A stretch of 63,701 nucleotides of DNA, the filler included, from Hausera hauseri (taxonomy: Eukaryota), in NCBI GenBank assembly GCA_046269625.1. It is 12 parts of 12 records of this genome, joined end to end, with 100 filler letters (N's around TTAATTAATTAA, not from the genome) between each part and the next. Parts side by side here need not be neighbours in the genome. Positions count along the whole stretch, not along the records: positions 10,232 to 16,877 come from JBJURY010078992.1; positions 16,978 to 21,418 come from JBJURY010580447.1; positions 21,519 to 26,053 come from JBJURY010537676.1; 9 more parts are not named here. One strand, 5' to 3'. Both the position numbers and the translations under genes were made by a program. The notes under the pieces are model-generated. The model was not told the origin of the DNA and made no database searches. It worked only from the letters and a program-made list of their open reading frames with translations. Positions 11,563-24,345 of this stretch are shown here, in pieces (position 1 is the stretch's first letter; the number at the start of each line of letters is the position of its first letter).

Positions 11563-12880
11563 TTAACGATCTATTATTTCTTTGAGTTGGCTTCTCTTCA
11601 CTACCGTGATTGCGCTTGTCTTAGTCTCTAATCTCGATAGTGCATCGGCATCTACATGTTTATTTCCCGGCTTATACTGGAATTCGATATTATATCTTGA
11701 TATTTCTTCGATCCATCTGTTAAGTCTGGATGTCGGGTTAATTGTTCGGCCTTTTAAAATCGTGACGGCTTTGTGATTAGTGACAATTATAATTTTGTGT
11801 TCGTATACGTAAACGTTGAAGTGTCTAAGTGCTTTTTTTACTGCCAAAGTTTCCAGCTCGGTGACAGAATAATTTTTCTCAGCCTTCTTCAAGGAACGTC
11901 CTCTATAAGCAATCGGGTGTTCTAATTCTTTATCTTCTCTTTTCTGCGCTAATTAATATCCAATACCTTCTTTACTGGCGTCTGTCTTGATTATAAAGGG
12001 CAAGTTAAAGTCTGGATATCGTAAAACAGGTTCGCTTGTTAATATCCTCTTCATCTCATCAAAGGCCTTCTGTGCGACGTCTGTCTACTTCCATTTGATT
12101 CCCTTTTTAAGTAGACGATATAAAGGTGCATTAATTTTTGAATTATCCGGCACATAGGTGGCGTAATATCCGCATAGTCCTAGCCAGTGCCTTAATTCTT
12201 TCTGGTTTTGTGGTTCCATGCAATATGACATTTTGTTTAATAACTATTTATCTAGTTTCGATCCTCCTTCTCCAACTATATGACCAAGGTAGAATACTGC
12301 GTTTTGAGCCCATTTGCATTTCTTTAGATTTAACTTTAACTCGGCTTGTTCCAGTCACATTAATGTGTGTTCAATATCCTTTAAGTGTTCGTCTTCGGTA
12401 CTTGACGCTATCATCACGTCATCTAAGTACGCAAAAGCATGATCCAATCCCATTAACATTTTGTTCATCATTCGCGTAAATATGGCTCGCCCGGTAGTAA
12501 TGCCGAATGGCATGACGTTAAATTCATAAACATCACCGTGTGTTTTAAATGCTATCTTATAACGGTCTTCATCCTCGATCGCCACTTGCCAATATCCAGA
12601 CTTTTAAGTCCAGCGTGGTAAACCATTTCGCATCTGAAAATCTGTCTAAAGCCTCTTTTACCGACGGTAATGGGAAGGAATCTTTCATGATAAGATTATT
12701 TAAGGCTCTGTAATCAATACAAAATCGATGTTTTGTGGTACCTTTCTTCTTAACCATGAGGATTGGTAAATATCAAGATCTATAGATGGGCCTAATTATA
12801 TTGGCCTTAAGATTTCATTCGACTTTCTTCGTTATCTTGGGCCCTAGTGAATGTGGCGGAGGGTACCATTTTGGCATCTT
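11563..12880 (-). pseudogene. pol: Gypsy reverse transcriptase and RNase H
   Basis: HRFCIDYRALN, FTTLDL, FNVMPFG, AYLDDVMI; RNase H IKTDAS, NYSVTELETLAV, YKPGNKHVDADALSR. Confidence 0.95.
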
Positions 12881-13439
12881 CTGGTCTTCCAGGTCTATTT
12901 CTTCGTTCGGACCAGGCTTCTTCTTCAGCGGAATAGTCAGTTTTAACGCTTTCGCTCTATCAATATCTTCTTCGTCCTTAGCGATAATCGATTTATAGCG
13001 GCATAATAATTTATAGAATCGACAATAAGGCTCAGGTGAAAACTTAGTTTCGACATGGGGTGGAAATTCGACATGTTTGTAAGGATTTTCTTCAATACTT
13101 ATAGAAGACACTCTATACGTATTTCCTAGAGTAGTATAGGCATGAAGCTTGACGGAAGTCGGTGCATTATTTGCTATTCTGATCGGTACACGACCGGTAC
13201 TTTTGTCAGTATGTTACTAAGTATTATGTTCGGATTTAATGTCTCCTTTGGTTCGAAATATACCGGTTGATCGTCATCTTGTTGAACTTGAGCATAAATT
13301 ATCATTTTCGTTCTTGGTGGAATGTTCTCATCGACTTGTATCCATACTTCTCCCAATTTTTTTCTTTGGCGTTTTTTATACCTTTATTTGGTCTGATTTC
13401 TATTAATTTTCCTGTTTGCAAATCGATTGCTCTATTTGG

Positions 13440-13730
13440 TAATCTTTTCAGTAGATCACACTCTAAAACTACGTCGTCGGTTAATTGTTCCATAACTGCA
13501 AATTCATGACAAAAAATTTGTCCAACTATTTGGACTTCTGGGTTCCATTTAAACATCGGTTTCGACATTTGAGCATAAGCTCCGGTAGTCCCTGGATCTT
13601 TTGTGGATGGTGGGTATAATTGACCCCTTAACGATTGAGGTATTGAATCGTTTTTAATGTAAGACATTTCAGATCCTGTGTCAATTAAGGCATATGCTTA
13701 CCAATATCCGATAATGATTTTGGCGAAGGG
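13440..13730 (-). pseudogene. Retropepsin aspartic protease
   Basis: YALIDTGSEMSYI at about 13660-13695 and a degenerate VVLECDLL flap/C-terminal motif. Confidence 0.85.
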
Positions 13731-13945
13731 TTTTCCTTCTATTTCTATTCCGAAACAGTTTGATGCTACTTTTGGGCATTTAGTCACTGATATTTTATGC
13801 CAATTAATTCGGATTTCTGGGGAGGATACTATATTCTCTGCCACTTGCCTCAACTCCCCGTTTGGGTATAATTCATTGTTCTCGATGTTTAATTCTCCCG
13901 CTTCCTGTGTGCTGATTAATGGTTCTCAGTTGTTAGTGTGCGGTT

Positions 13946-16245
13946 CTATGTTCTGCGAAGTTCTTGACTTTGGGTTTTCCCACACAGGTGATTTAGTTTC
14001 TGTATTTCGAGGTTCTCTCGGAGAATACAATATCCTGGGATCATCCACGGGCTGTCGGTAACACATTTTTCGTAGGATCCGTAGCGTCTTGTGTCTTCAT
14101 ACGGGTCTTCTATATTAATCGTCCTTTTATAGATTTCCGTCTGGTATGAACTCATGGATCGTTTATCACAGTCTTCATAGACTAGAGCAGTAGGGGTTAG
14201 CATAGGCAATGGTGCTTTAATGACGGAGTACGTCTTGTGTCTGCTTACTTTCGAAAATGCTTCTCCTCCTTTAGGCTCGTCATAATCTGATTTATTTCTT
14301 CGTATATTAGGTTTTGTAAATTTCTGCCTCCGCAAGAATGTAGGTCTTCCTTTTCGTTTTCGATTATAGTAACCAACATGGCGTTCTACGTCCGATTTCC
14401 ATCTACTTTCTTCGTATGCCTTTAAGAATTTACTAAAGGGTGTTATTATTGCAGTCAATATTTTACATGAAAATCTAGTTAACGTAAATATTTCATACCC
14501 ATTTATTACTGCTTGGATGACTGCTTTAATCATTTGTATCAGGAAATATATCGCTAAGAATCTGGATGCGGCTTGTCCGAAAATCAAATATCTTCCCCAA
14601 ATTTTGTAGAGTATTTCTGTGGTTACTCGCTGATAATGATTTACGCCAAGTAAAGATTCCAATTTAGCCTGATACCGTGTATCGTCTACTATCTAGGCCG
14701 TGGCTCGGTTTAATTCATGTGCTTGTTGTCGCGGAAAAGCAAGGAATTGTCTAAAGGCTTCGGTTTCCTTAGGCCTGTATATGCCTTTCGACTAGGTATT
14801 TTGAAATTTATCGCCCGTAATTTCTTTCGCAAGATTTGTTCCTGTTAATTTATTTGGATCGGCAGTAATACCTCCATTTGGCAAACTAACCCAGTCTGTT
14901 TCACTACGTCTAAACATGGGCTGTCCTAAGGTTGCCTTATAATCCTTAAGGATAGTTGGTTGGGTTGCGTTATCCAGTAACACTGTTGTCAACGGTGTAG
15001 CCAACCTGTGAATATTCTGATAGATGACAGGGAGTTCCCGAATGCAACGTTTTTCTTCCACGTTGTTGGGTACACCTCTCTTTGCATTCATAGGGTAGCA
15101 GTACCTCGCCCGTGACCCGACCGAAAATTCCTTCTCTCATGGGGATTATTGGAGAAGCCAACTCTGGAGTGGCGTATATAAGGGCCAATTTCGTTCTCTC
15201 GATCTCGGTATCTAATTTACAGTCATTCGTTATCATTTTGTGATATAACTCGGTTATTCCGACTTGCCCTTTGTAATAGAAATAATCGTCTATGTTTTTC
15301 AGATAATCCTCAATTCGGATGTCCTGCGTTTCTAGTTTGTAAGTCCTTGCATTTATTTCCGTTTCTGCGACGAAAAATGCCTCATAGTTTGTGGCGAACA
15401 TTACTACTTCACAATGAGAAATCATTTCTTTCTTAATAAATTTTAGTCCATGCTGATCAGATATTAATATAGTGGGCGTAGAATGTTTTAACACATTATC
15501 GCGTGTCCTCGAGTTTGTATCCGGTTTATCCACATATCGTTTTCCGGTGGTTTCATTAAACTTCAGTTCCTTAATTTTAATGAAATTACAACTTCTTCCA
15601 GAATGAGTCTCCCATTCCATAACAGAACTTCTAAAAGCACAGGTTCCGTCTTGCAGATGACATTTTTGATTCTTAGTGTATAACTTAGTGACGCTATGGA
15701 ACATTACCTTCTGTGATCGCATCTCTAATTCGCAGAAATCTACGACTACCACATTTGCTTGTAATCCTTTTCCGATGTCGTATTCCGCTCCGTAACAATG
15801 TCCGCTATGCATATCTAACCTTCCGGCCACTACTTTGTATACTCTAATTGTCTTTCCAGGTTGCATTTCTAACTCCATATTGTCCCATTGTACTCTTCCG
15901 TTCTCCTTAGCCTGTTTGCAGTGCTGGCGTTCTAAGTTCATTAGGATGAGAAGAGTGGTTGGTTTGATTATGGAGGAATGTCCGTGTACTAGTCCGCAGT
16001 GAAAAATTCTTTGAGATCGTCTCAAAATACATTCCACTTCATCTAACAATATCAACTCTTGCTGTTGGTACAGGAAGTAATTTTTTTTTCTTGTTTCCAA
16101 CTTGTACGGTCTGGCGTCTTCGCACACTTCCAGATCCATTAGGGAATATCTCTGCCCTAGTTTAAACTTATTGCAGTTGTAAACGGTAACAGCGCTTATG
16201 TGCTTTGTTAGCATCATCAAGGTGAGTAGGCTGATTAACCAATTT
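13946..16245 (-). pseudogene. env: Chuvirus-like envelope glycoprotein (frameshifted)
   Basis: Signal-like WLISLLTLMMLTKHISA|VTVYNC; Cys-rich ectodomain; NDCKLD..RTKLAL, FGRVTGEVL, CIRELPV, PMFR; TM WGRYLIFGQAASRFLAIYFLI. Collinear with aa ~870-1470 of the 50694-56303 ORF. Confidence 0.85.
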
Positions 16246-16977
16246 GATTCATTTTTCCGTTATTATTATCGGTTGATACCAAGTTACGCAACATATCGTC
16301 GAGTCTACTACTATCATGGATCCGTTTATCTTCCTCCATGTCAAATAGTTTTGACCAAGTCACTTCGCTGGGCAGCTTCTTCGCCGTTCTTCGTGCTAAG
16401 CTTATAGCTCTGTCGATTTCATTCTCCCGATTAGGGTTTGTCTTGATAGCTAAGTATAGTAATACTTTTCCCAATTCCTCATTGGTGTTTTCCACCATGA
16501 TCTTTTCGATTACCGCTTCATAGGTTAAGTTACTTTTGGATAGCCTAAAACGCGAGCTCCTCATCGCTCTAGCTGCATTAAGTATGACTTTTTCTTTATC
16601 ATCTAGTGTGTCACCTCGAAGGCTTGAATAATTTACAATCCGTACCAAATTTTTTATTAATTTGTTTAATTCTTCATTGTCTGTACTGAAAGTAGGAATT
16701 GATATTTGTCTTAATTCTCTGATCAATTCTCCATTATAGCCAATTTCTTCTCGTATCTTCTTAGGCCTACCGACCGGGAATTTCTGTCTTAGGATATTGA
16801 CTATCGCTTCGCTTAGTGGTACTAAATTCTTATCATATTGTTCCGTATCCTAATCTGTTTGTAAATACTCGAAATACNNNNNNNNNNNNNNNNNNNNNNN
16901 NNNNNNNNNNNNNNNNNNNNNTTAATTAATTAANNNNNNNNNNNNNNNNNNNNNNNNNNNNNNNNNNNNNNNNNNNN

Positions 16978-17567
16978 AAGTGGTTAAAAATCGTTCTCAA
17001 CCACCGATGTGGGCGTTTCATTTGAAACCATTAATTGAATTCGTCCCGGAATTAAAATTCGCCGCCGCATCCGAACAGGAAATGAAATCATGGATTTGTA
17101 AATTACGAATTGGTATAATCCAATCAGAAATTTTATAGCTACACAGCAATTCTATGCGAGTTTCTCGGGAATCGAGATTTAACGACTTGAAAGATGATAT
17201 TAATTCTGTGGTTTCCGAGAGAGATCGCATGATGGAAATGTTATTAAATCTTGATAAATCAAATAATTATGAAGAACTCGGTGAATTCACATTCCAGTTG
17301 GATGACAACGTTCCGACTGTTCCGCAGGTGACAACCGTCTGTCTGAGACTTAATGAAACTGAAACCTTATCATACGATGTGAATTACTTAATTAATACCA
17401 ACGAGTATTCTTTATTTTCAGGATCCAGGAAACAAGCCTTTTCCGAATTATCAGAGTGTACACCGCTAGTTTTGAATGTAACATATCATGATAGAAAATT
17501 GCAAATTCTCACAATAAAGAGCGATCTTAATAAACTTGTTGAGAAAGAGCCTGTTGATTTGGTTTAA
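16978..17567 (+). CDS. Possible PH-domain C-terminus plus downstream host exon
   Basis: AFHL..ELKFAAASEQEMKSWICKLR resembles the last strand and helix of a PH domain; an in-frame TAG precedes the 137-aa ORF. Confidence 0.4.
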
Positions 17568-18012
17568 TCATATGTTTAGGAGATATGAAATATATCATGC
17601 ATTCGTTCCTCACCTGGCTTTTTATATCTTACTTTGCAATCTAATTGAAAATTAAGCACATTTAATTCCTCTTTATTTAATTGTAAAATATATCTAAAAT
17701 TATCTAAATCATATATAAGTTCATTAGTAAATTGTGTTTTTCGGAGACTTTGTCTCCTAACTAAGGGTCTTTAGTTTATTTGGTTTATATTCTTTACTAT
17801 ATATTGTTATGGTTTATCTTTGAATCCTTTTCTTGCTTTAATATCATCAACATTTATGTTAGAAATAAAGTTTTGAAATCTAGAATCTTCTATTTCTGTC
17901 CTATTTTCATGTTTAAATCTAATATGTCATCCTAAGTTTGGTTAATTTTATCTTTGAGAATCGGTCGACCGTTAGATGATAAAGGTAAACAGCTCTATAA
18001 GCCGTCGACATT

Positions 18013-18956
18013 TTAGTTCCAATATGTTACTTGATTGTCAAAGGTCTTCTGACAATACGGACTTTCGAGATCGGCCTCCCATAATGAATCAGAAGCTTCG
18101 TCGAGTTTCATTTTCCCTAACCTCGATCGTCCTGATCTTGCGGAATCTGGAGGCACTTCGATCATTTCCGGACCGACGATTGTTAATTCTAAATCAAGAG
18201 GACAGAATGGTTCAGCCGGTGTTTTATTTTTCTTCTTGACTACTTTTAGATCAATAGTGTGATAACGATAAATAACGTTAAATGTTTTCATTTAGATTTC
18301 TCAGGAACTACCGACGTTTCCCAATTCGTCTGATGTATTTTCGTAACATCCAATGATTTCACCGTACTTTTCGAAGATGTCTTTGATATCAGCTACTGTC
18401 CAACGTGACGGAGCATTTCTTATTTCAACATTATAACCCAAATTTGTAAGACCTTTCAAAGCACGTTGTCTTTCTTCCTCTTTTATTTGTAAACCTTCAG
18501 ATGCATTTTGGACTTCCCAATTTTATTTTGAATCGCGTATTGATAAAGTATTTCAATTGCCTTTTCGGCATTAGACGATTTTTCATAATCAACAAAACCG
18601 TAGCATTCACTTCGATTTTCTTTATCTCTGACAAAATGATGATGGGCAATCGGACCTGCTTTACAAAATAATTCATGTAAATCCCGTTCAAAAAATCCAT
18701 CTGGCAAACCACTTACAATTAAATTTGTTTCACGTCTATCGCCGGGTGGTTTCGTTCGACTCGTTCGCTGTGGTCGGTCAAGTAGTTTTGACGTTTGGAA
18801 ACTGTTACATAAACCACGATCTTTTGCAAAAAATGAATGGTAGCTTGGAAACATTCTGTCGGTTTGCCACAAGCTAAGTAAATCATTCATATTAAATAAT
18901 CGGTTTGAGGTGTTGACAGGATCTATGTCGTTATAAATTGATCCCTTCGTATACAT
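18013..18956 (-). CDS. Divergent ELAV/Sex-lethal-like RRM protein
   Basis: RRM1 with TNLIVSGLP (RNP2) and SECYGFVDY (RNP1); after a stop or short intron, RRM2-like YNVEIRNAPSRWTVADIKDIFEKYGEI. Confidence 0.7.
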
Positions 18957-19164
18957 CTTGAATTGTGAAGAGAATAATCTAAACTGACACTGGAAACAAA
19001 AACAGTTATGGCCTAAATGATGATTTTAAAATTAATCAACAAATAAAATGGTGAATTTCCAAATATTGTCTTTTTTTAAAACGTCACACAAAACATGTTA
19101 TATTTTTTGAACAACTCCCTTTAAAAACTATACCCACATAAGTAATTGTTATTTTTGGTGGGCC

Positions 19165-21060
19165 AATGTGGGCACCACAGGCCGCATCAGACTTAGCTTC
19201 ATTGATAGCTTTCGCTTCATGAACTCGTCACTGGACAGCTTCGTAAAGAACCTTCTAGTTGATGAGCTCAAGTAGACGAAGAGGTTCCTCCCGGATACAT
19301 TTGACCTAGTGATGCGGAAAGAAGTCTTCCCCTATGACTATATAATGTCATGGAAAGCACTGGATGAAGATACATTACCGGCCAAGGAGGACGTCTATAG
19401 TCAGTTGTCATACAGTCATATTTGCGATGCTGACTATGAGCAGGCCCAAAGAGTATGGCAGACCTTCCAGTACAGGACAATAGAGGAATACAGTGATATC
19501 TATCTCCTCACAAATGTGCTGTTGCTTAGTGATGTCTTCAAAAGCTTCCAGTATGTGACCTTTAAGAGCCACAAGTTAGATCTACCACATTTCTTTAAAG
19601 CTCCAGGAATCAGTTGGGCAGCTATGCTGCGTTATACAGGCATAAGGCTCCAGATATCGAAGGATTACAATATGGTCATCATCATTGAGATAGTCATCAA
19701 GGGAGGAATCTGTCAAGCCATTCACAGGTACAGTGAGGCCAACAAAAAATACATGGTAGATTATGATCCATCCAAGGAATCCTCATATATATAATACCTG
19801 GATGCCAACAATCTGTATGGATGGGCAATGAGCAACCCATTGCCCTATGATAACTTTCAATGGGTAGAGCAGCCGCAAGTCTTGGATATTGAAGGTACGG
19901 ATCCCAATGGGGACACGGGCTACATACTGGAGGTGGACGTGGAATGCCCACATAGCATCCATACAAGGCATGAGAAGCTGCTTTTTCTCCCGGACAGCAA
20001 GAGGCCGCCAAACGGTAAGCATAAGAAGCTGCTGTGTCACCTCGAAAACAGGGAGAGGTATGTAGCCCACTACATAAACCTCCAACAAGCCATCAAAAAT
20101 GGACTCCGAGTCATCAAAATTCATCGGGCCCTGAGGTTCAACTAGATCAAATGGCTGAATCGATACATAAACCTCAATACCCAGTTGAGGGCCAATGCCA
20201 AGAATGAGTTGAAAAAGGACCAATTCAAGCTGTATAACAATTCGGTCTTTGGCAAAACTATGGAGAACATCCGGAACTGGATAAATATCGAGCTGGTATG
20301 TGACTGGAAGAGGACAAAGAAACTCATCGCTAAGCCCAACTTCCACAGCAGCACAATCTACACAGAGAACCTGGTGAGCATCCATATGCTCAAGATATTA
20401 CTTTAGTTCAACAAGCCTATATATGTGGGCATGCCCATATTGGATCTATCCAAGACCATATGCTCAAGATATTACTTGAGTTCAACAAGCCTATATATGG
20501 GCATGCCCATATTGGATCTATCCAAGACCTTGATGTATGACTTTCATTACAATATCATGGTCCCCACATTCAGAGCTCCAGCTAATGTACATGGACACGG
20601 ACAGTTTCATATACCAGTTCCGCACAGATGATGTCTTTGAAAAGTTTGCAAAATTGGCACAGTATATGAATACCTCGGACTATTCAAAGGTTCATCCAAA
20701 TTATTCAACCGCCAACAAGAAGGTCCTCGGGAAGTTTAAATACGAGGTAAATGGGAAGATCATCACCCGTTTCATGGCGTTGAAATCAAAAATGTACGCC
20801 AATGATGTAAGTGGTCAGGTAAAGAAGTGGGCCAATGGAGTTCAAAGAGCCACATTAGCTAAAGACATAAGCTTTGCATATTTTGAGTTTTGTGAGAACA
20901 AACTCACATAATCAGCGAATTGAAGAGGATCCAGTCCCGGGAACATCAGATTGCCACGATTGCGCTGCGGAAGAAAAGTCTCGATTGGTTCAATGACAAA
21001 AGGCACATTCTTGAAGACGGAATCAGCACATTGCCTCATGGACATGCTGCATTAATGTAA
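19165..21060 (+). pseudogene. Protein-primed DNA polymerase B (Maverick/Polinton type), decayed
   Basis: FIDSFRF, KEVFPYDY, YLDANNLYGWAM (Pol A), KLYNNSVFGKTMEN (Pol B), YMDTDS (Pol C), KKVLGKFK, NDKRHILEDG. Confidence 0.92.
20382..20528 (+). repeat. ~74-bp tandem duplication inside pPolB
   Basis: CCATATGCTCAAGATATTACTT..GGATCTATCCAAGAC occurs twice, head to tail. Confidence 0.9.
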
Positions 21061-22302
21061 ATATGAATATTGTTGTTAAACTTATTAGACATGAGTTGTA
21101 TTTTTTATACCAATAAATGTTTGTTACAATAATTGTCTCGAATTTTTGATCAAGTTATGTGGGATACAGGATAAGGCAAAGTAAAACTAAGTAACTACTA
21201 TATACGATAAGATAATGTTGTGTCAAATAAGCATTTGTTGCTTGAGCCTTGTTTGTACAACAATACATTGTAGGCCTAAAAATAGCATACATAACATGTA
21301 CTATACTAAAATTCACTTACGCAAATACATAATGTAGTGGATGAAACATATTATCCACTGGCATTATACATAGCTCCTTTATGATGTATTCATTATTATT
21401 ATCCACAAATCCCTCCAANNNNNNNNNNNNNNNNNNNNNNNNNNNNNNNNNNNNNNNNNNNNTTAATTAATTAANNNNNNNNNNNNNNNNNNNNNNNNNN
21501 NNNNNNNNNNNNNNNNNNATTATTTTATGATCCATTATGAGGCACAAAGATTGATAATAATAGGTTGTTCCAATGATTCAACTCTAAACATAAATGTCAT
21601 GGATTTCTATAACCATCGATACTAATCGTTCTTAAAGGACCAATTATCACTCTCTTACTTTTCTATATATTATAAATGCCTATTTTTATGACTAATGTTC
21701 ATTTCTATTATTTTACAGTGATGACTTTTACCTAAATATATAGATATGTTTACCAATCCCAGCCGCTATATCGAGGAATCTAATCTCCAAATGATTATCG
21801 AATATCCCTTTATTTCCATACTCCCAATCCGATGGAATTTCATCAATGTAAAGAGTTCAATAAATCACATCAACCTTTCATATTTCATTTGAACCACACT
21901 TCATCAAATCCACGACTCAATTACACATATTCAGGGTATATTATTTATCGCAATTTTACAATAGAAAGGTTACCAATCACAATATGTCCATATTCTGCAT
22001 TGATCTGAATTATTGGTGAGCCACACTTGTTGACGCTCGATGCTGAGTTCTTATGTTGTTTGCCATCAGGCTTGCTCAGGTCCGGTTTTCCACTGACGTG
22101 TGATGCCACAACATGTATCGCTTTTTGGGAACTCACGCAGGTTCTCGGTACTCCCAGTGGAACCGCCCAGGGAGAGAACACTGCCAAAGAGTCGGCTTGA
22201 TATCCCCGGATTTAAATCCATATGGTAGGGTTATGTTGCACTACTGCCCCCAGGATGTTCTGAGCGCTCACTATCTTCCCTTCATCTATCTTTAGCCTGT
22301 TC

Positions 22303-22674
22303 TCAGTTCTGTGCTATCCCTGTTCTGTCCACTGCAGCCTGAAGATTTGTGTCTCTCACTTGTAGCATTGCTCCCATCATATTATCAACCTTTTTTTTCT
22401 TTGCTTTCTTGTTATTTGTTTTGATTGTCCGCTTAACTGGTTGTCTTTGTTGATCAGATGATGTTGGCAATTGTTGGTCTGATACGAATTGTTTGGCCAT
22501 GTTTATCATCTCTTTGTGTTCTTGAACAATAGTTTTTTTCGGTTTCTTGAAGTATGAAAGATGATGTTGATGTTGTTGTCGAAAGGCATTGAATTGCAAG
22601 CTGGAAATAACTTCGCAGTTCGGGCATATATAAAATTGACACCCGTCGATTTTTGCGCCATAGTATTTGGACAT
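22303..22674 (-). CDS. Zn-finger-like ORF homologous to the ORF upstream of pPolB at 49883-50512
   Basis: MSKYYGAKIDGCQFYICPNCE..HLSYFK versus MRSYYGYKFNRIQYYICPGCE..YLTDFK. Confidence 0.6.
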   Translation of the reverse strand: MSKYYGAKIDGCQFYICPNCEVISSLQFNAFRQQHQHHLSYFKKPKKTIVQEHKEMINMAKQFVSDQQLPTSSDQQRQPVKRTIKTNNKKAKKKKVDNMMGAMLQVRDTNLQAAVDRTGIAQN

Positions 22675-22845
22675 TGTTTCTTCGCATTTTTCTGGCGAAT
22701 GAACATCACTAGTATAATAATTGAAATTGCAAATCTAAAATATGTTATTAAATTAAATATAATAATGAATAGTAATATATCATTTTAGGAAGTTGAATCG
22801 TATTTCGAAAAAAGTAATTTCAACATTTTATTTATATTAAATTTC

Positions 22846-22902
22846 AGCCTATCAAACTTCAGCCAATCAAAATTTAGCCAATCAAATACCAGTCAATCAA
22901 AA
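22846..22902. promoter_or_regulatory. Four 15-bp-period CCAAT-box-like repeats
   Basis: AGCCTATCAAA, AGCCAATCAAA (twice) and AGTCAATCAAA upstream of the 22674 start. Confidence 0.55.
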
Positions 22903-22972
22903 TGTAGGAAATAAGTACATTAAAATAACTTATATAAGTTTTGTAATACCTCGTGATACAAGTATTTTCAAA

Positions 22973-23458
22973 CAACTGAAAACAAACAACTTATATTAAA
23001 CTGAAATGTGATAAACGAAACAAAAACACATAAATATGTAATAAATTTTACAAATTGGTATCAGAAGTATTATTTAGTACTTATATTGTAAAAGCAAGTG
23101 TAACATGACACAAAGAAATTTATTGCACAGGAACAAACCTCAATCATCAACTGAAAGAAAACAACTTATGTTAAAGTGATAACGAAGAAGACGAAAAAGC
23201 AGGACATAAATACCTAAAGTATTCTTTAGTACTTATATTGTAAAAGCAAGTGTAACATGAAGTAAAGACATTTATTATACAGCAACAATTGTGAAACATC
23301 AACTGAAACAAAAGTTATATTAAATTGAAATGTGATAAACGAAACAATACATAAATATCTAAGAAAATTTTCAAAATGTTAACCAGAAGTATTATTTATT
23401 ACTTATGTTGTAAAAGCAAATGTAACAAGATATAAAAACATTTATTATACAGCAACAA
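22973..23458. repeat. Three diverged ~150-175-bp tandem repeats
   Basis: Units begin CAACTGAAA at about 22973, 23148 and 23300 and share ACTTAT.TTGTAAAAGCAA.TGTAACA. Confidence 0.85.
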
Positions 23459-23459
23459 A

Positions 23460-23930
23460 TTAAATATGTTCTTCATCATCCGAATCCAGCCATGTATCCA
23501 GGCCAACTTTTCTTAAATTTGAAATCAATGACACAGAAACCGGTTTAGCAGTACTGTTGTAAATTATGACCCGGTTACTTTTTAACTCACAATCCGGACA
23601 TTGTTGCAATCCAGAATTAATGAAGCAGTTAATACATATTTGGAAGATCGGATTGAAACAACCATACATTCGAACTGTGTAACCAATCGAATTTCCAAAG
23701 CACAGTGGGCATTCGTTATTTTTGACTTTCTTGAGATTGCTCATGGTACATTTTGACAAATGTTTTCCACTTGAATGGAAAATATCGACTGTGCTATTTT
23801 CCTTTCGACACATAGGACAGTTCGCCTTATGCTTGGACCAGTCTACAAAACAGTTGAGGCAGTGGTGATGAATGCACCCAACCATTTTGACATTGTAAGT
23901 AGAACAGTGTTCGAGACAAATTGAGCATAT
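23460..23930 (-). CDS. Tandem double RING-finger protein
   Basis: The frame extends upstream of the listed Met: CSICLE..GCIHHHCLNC..W..CPMCR, then CPLC..GC..ICINC..CPDC. Confidence 0.75.
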   Translation of the reverse strand: MCSICLEHCSTYNVKMVGCIHHHCLNCFVDWSKHKANCPMCRKENSTVDIFHSSGKHLSKCTMSNLKKVKNNECPLCFGNSIGYTVRMYGCFNPIFQICINCFINSGLQQCPDCELKSNRVIIYNSTAKPVSVSLISNLRKVGLDTWLDSDDEEHI

Positions 23931-24345
23931 TATTTTTGAGCGAAAGAAATTGTAAGTCTTTAATATTATTTATATACTAATGTCTAGCCAATAGGAATTC
24001 AGACCAATAGAAATGAAAATGTGTGTGTGCATCCAATCAAATTAAGGCATGTGTGTATTGATTTAATATACAAGACAGTGTCTGTCATTATTTTCTCACT
24101 TTTTACAACAGCAAATACAATGTCCAAAAAATAAAACAGCAAATGATTGTTGCTGGATTGCAACAGAAACGAAAAGAGGGAGCAGAATATATTCCACAAG
24201 AAAAAAGAAAATCATCTCAAGTGCCAGTATATGAACCAACAGGTGGAAGTTTGACCCAAGAGATAGTCAATGCAGCAAAGGCAATTGGTAACATTTAAAT
24301 AATTTGTAACAATAATATAATTGCATTTCAGATAAACCAGTAGAT

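Larger units (their letters stand above)
10651..16877 (-). mobile_element. Decayed env-carrying Ty3/Gypsy element (spacer-env-PR-RT-RNaseH, then 3' accessory region)
   Basis: Collinear minus-strand ORF pieces with stops and frameshifts; see sub-features. Confidence 0.9.

Noticed and set aside
21740-21960. Possible Maverick minor capsid C-terminus
   Set aside because: Only a weak IIEYP..LPI resemblance, with stops; not supportable.
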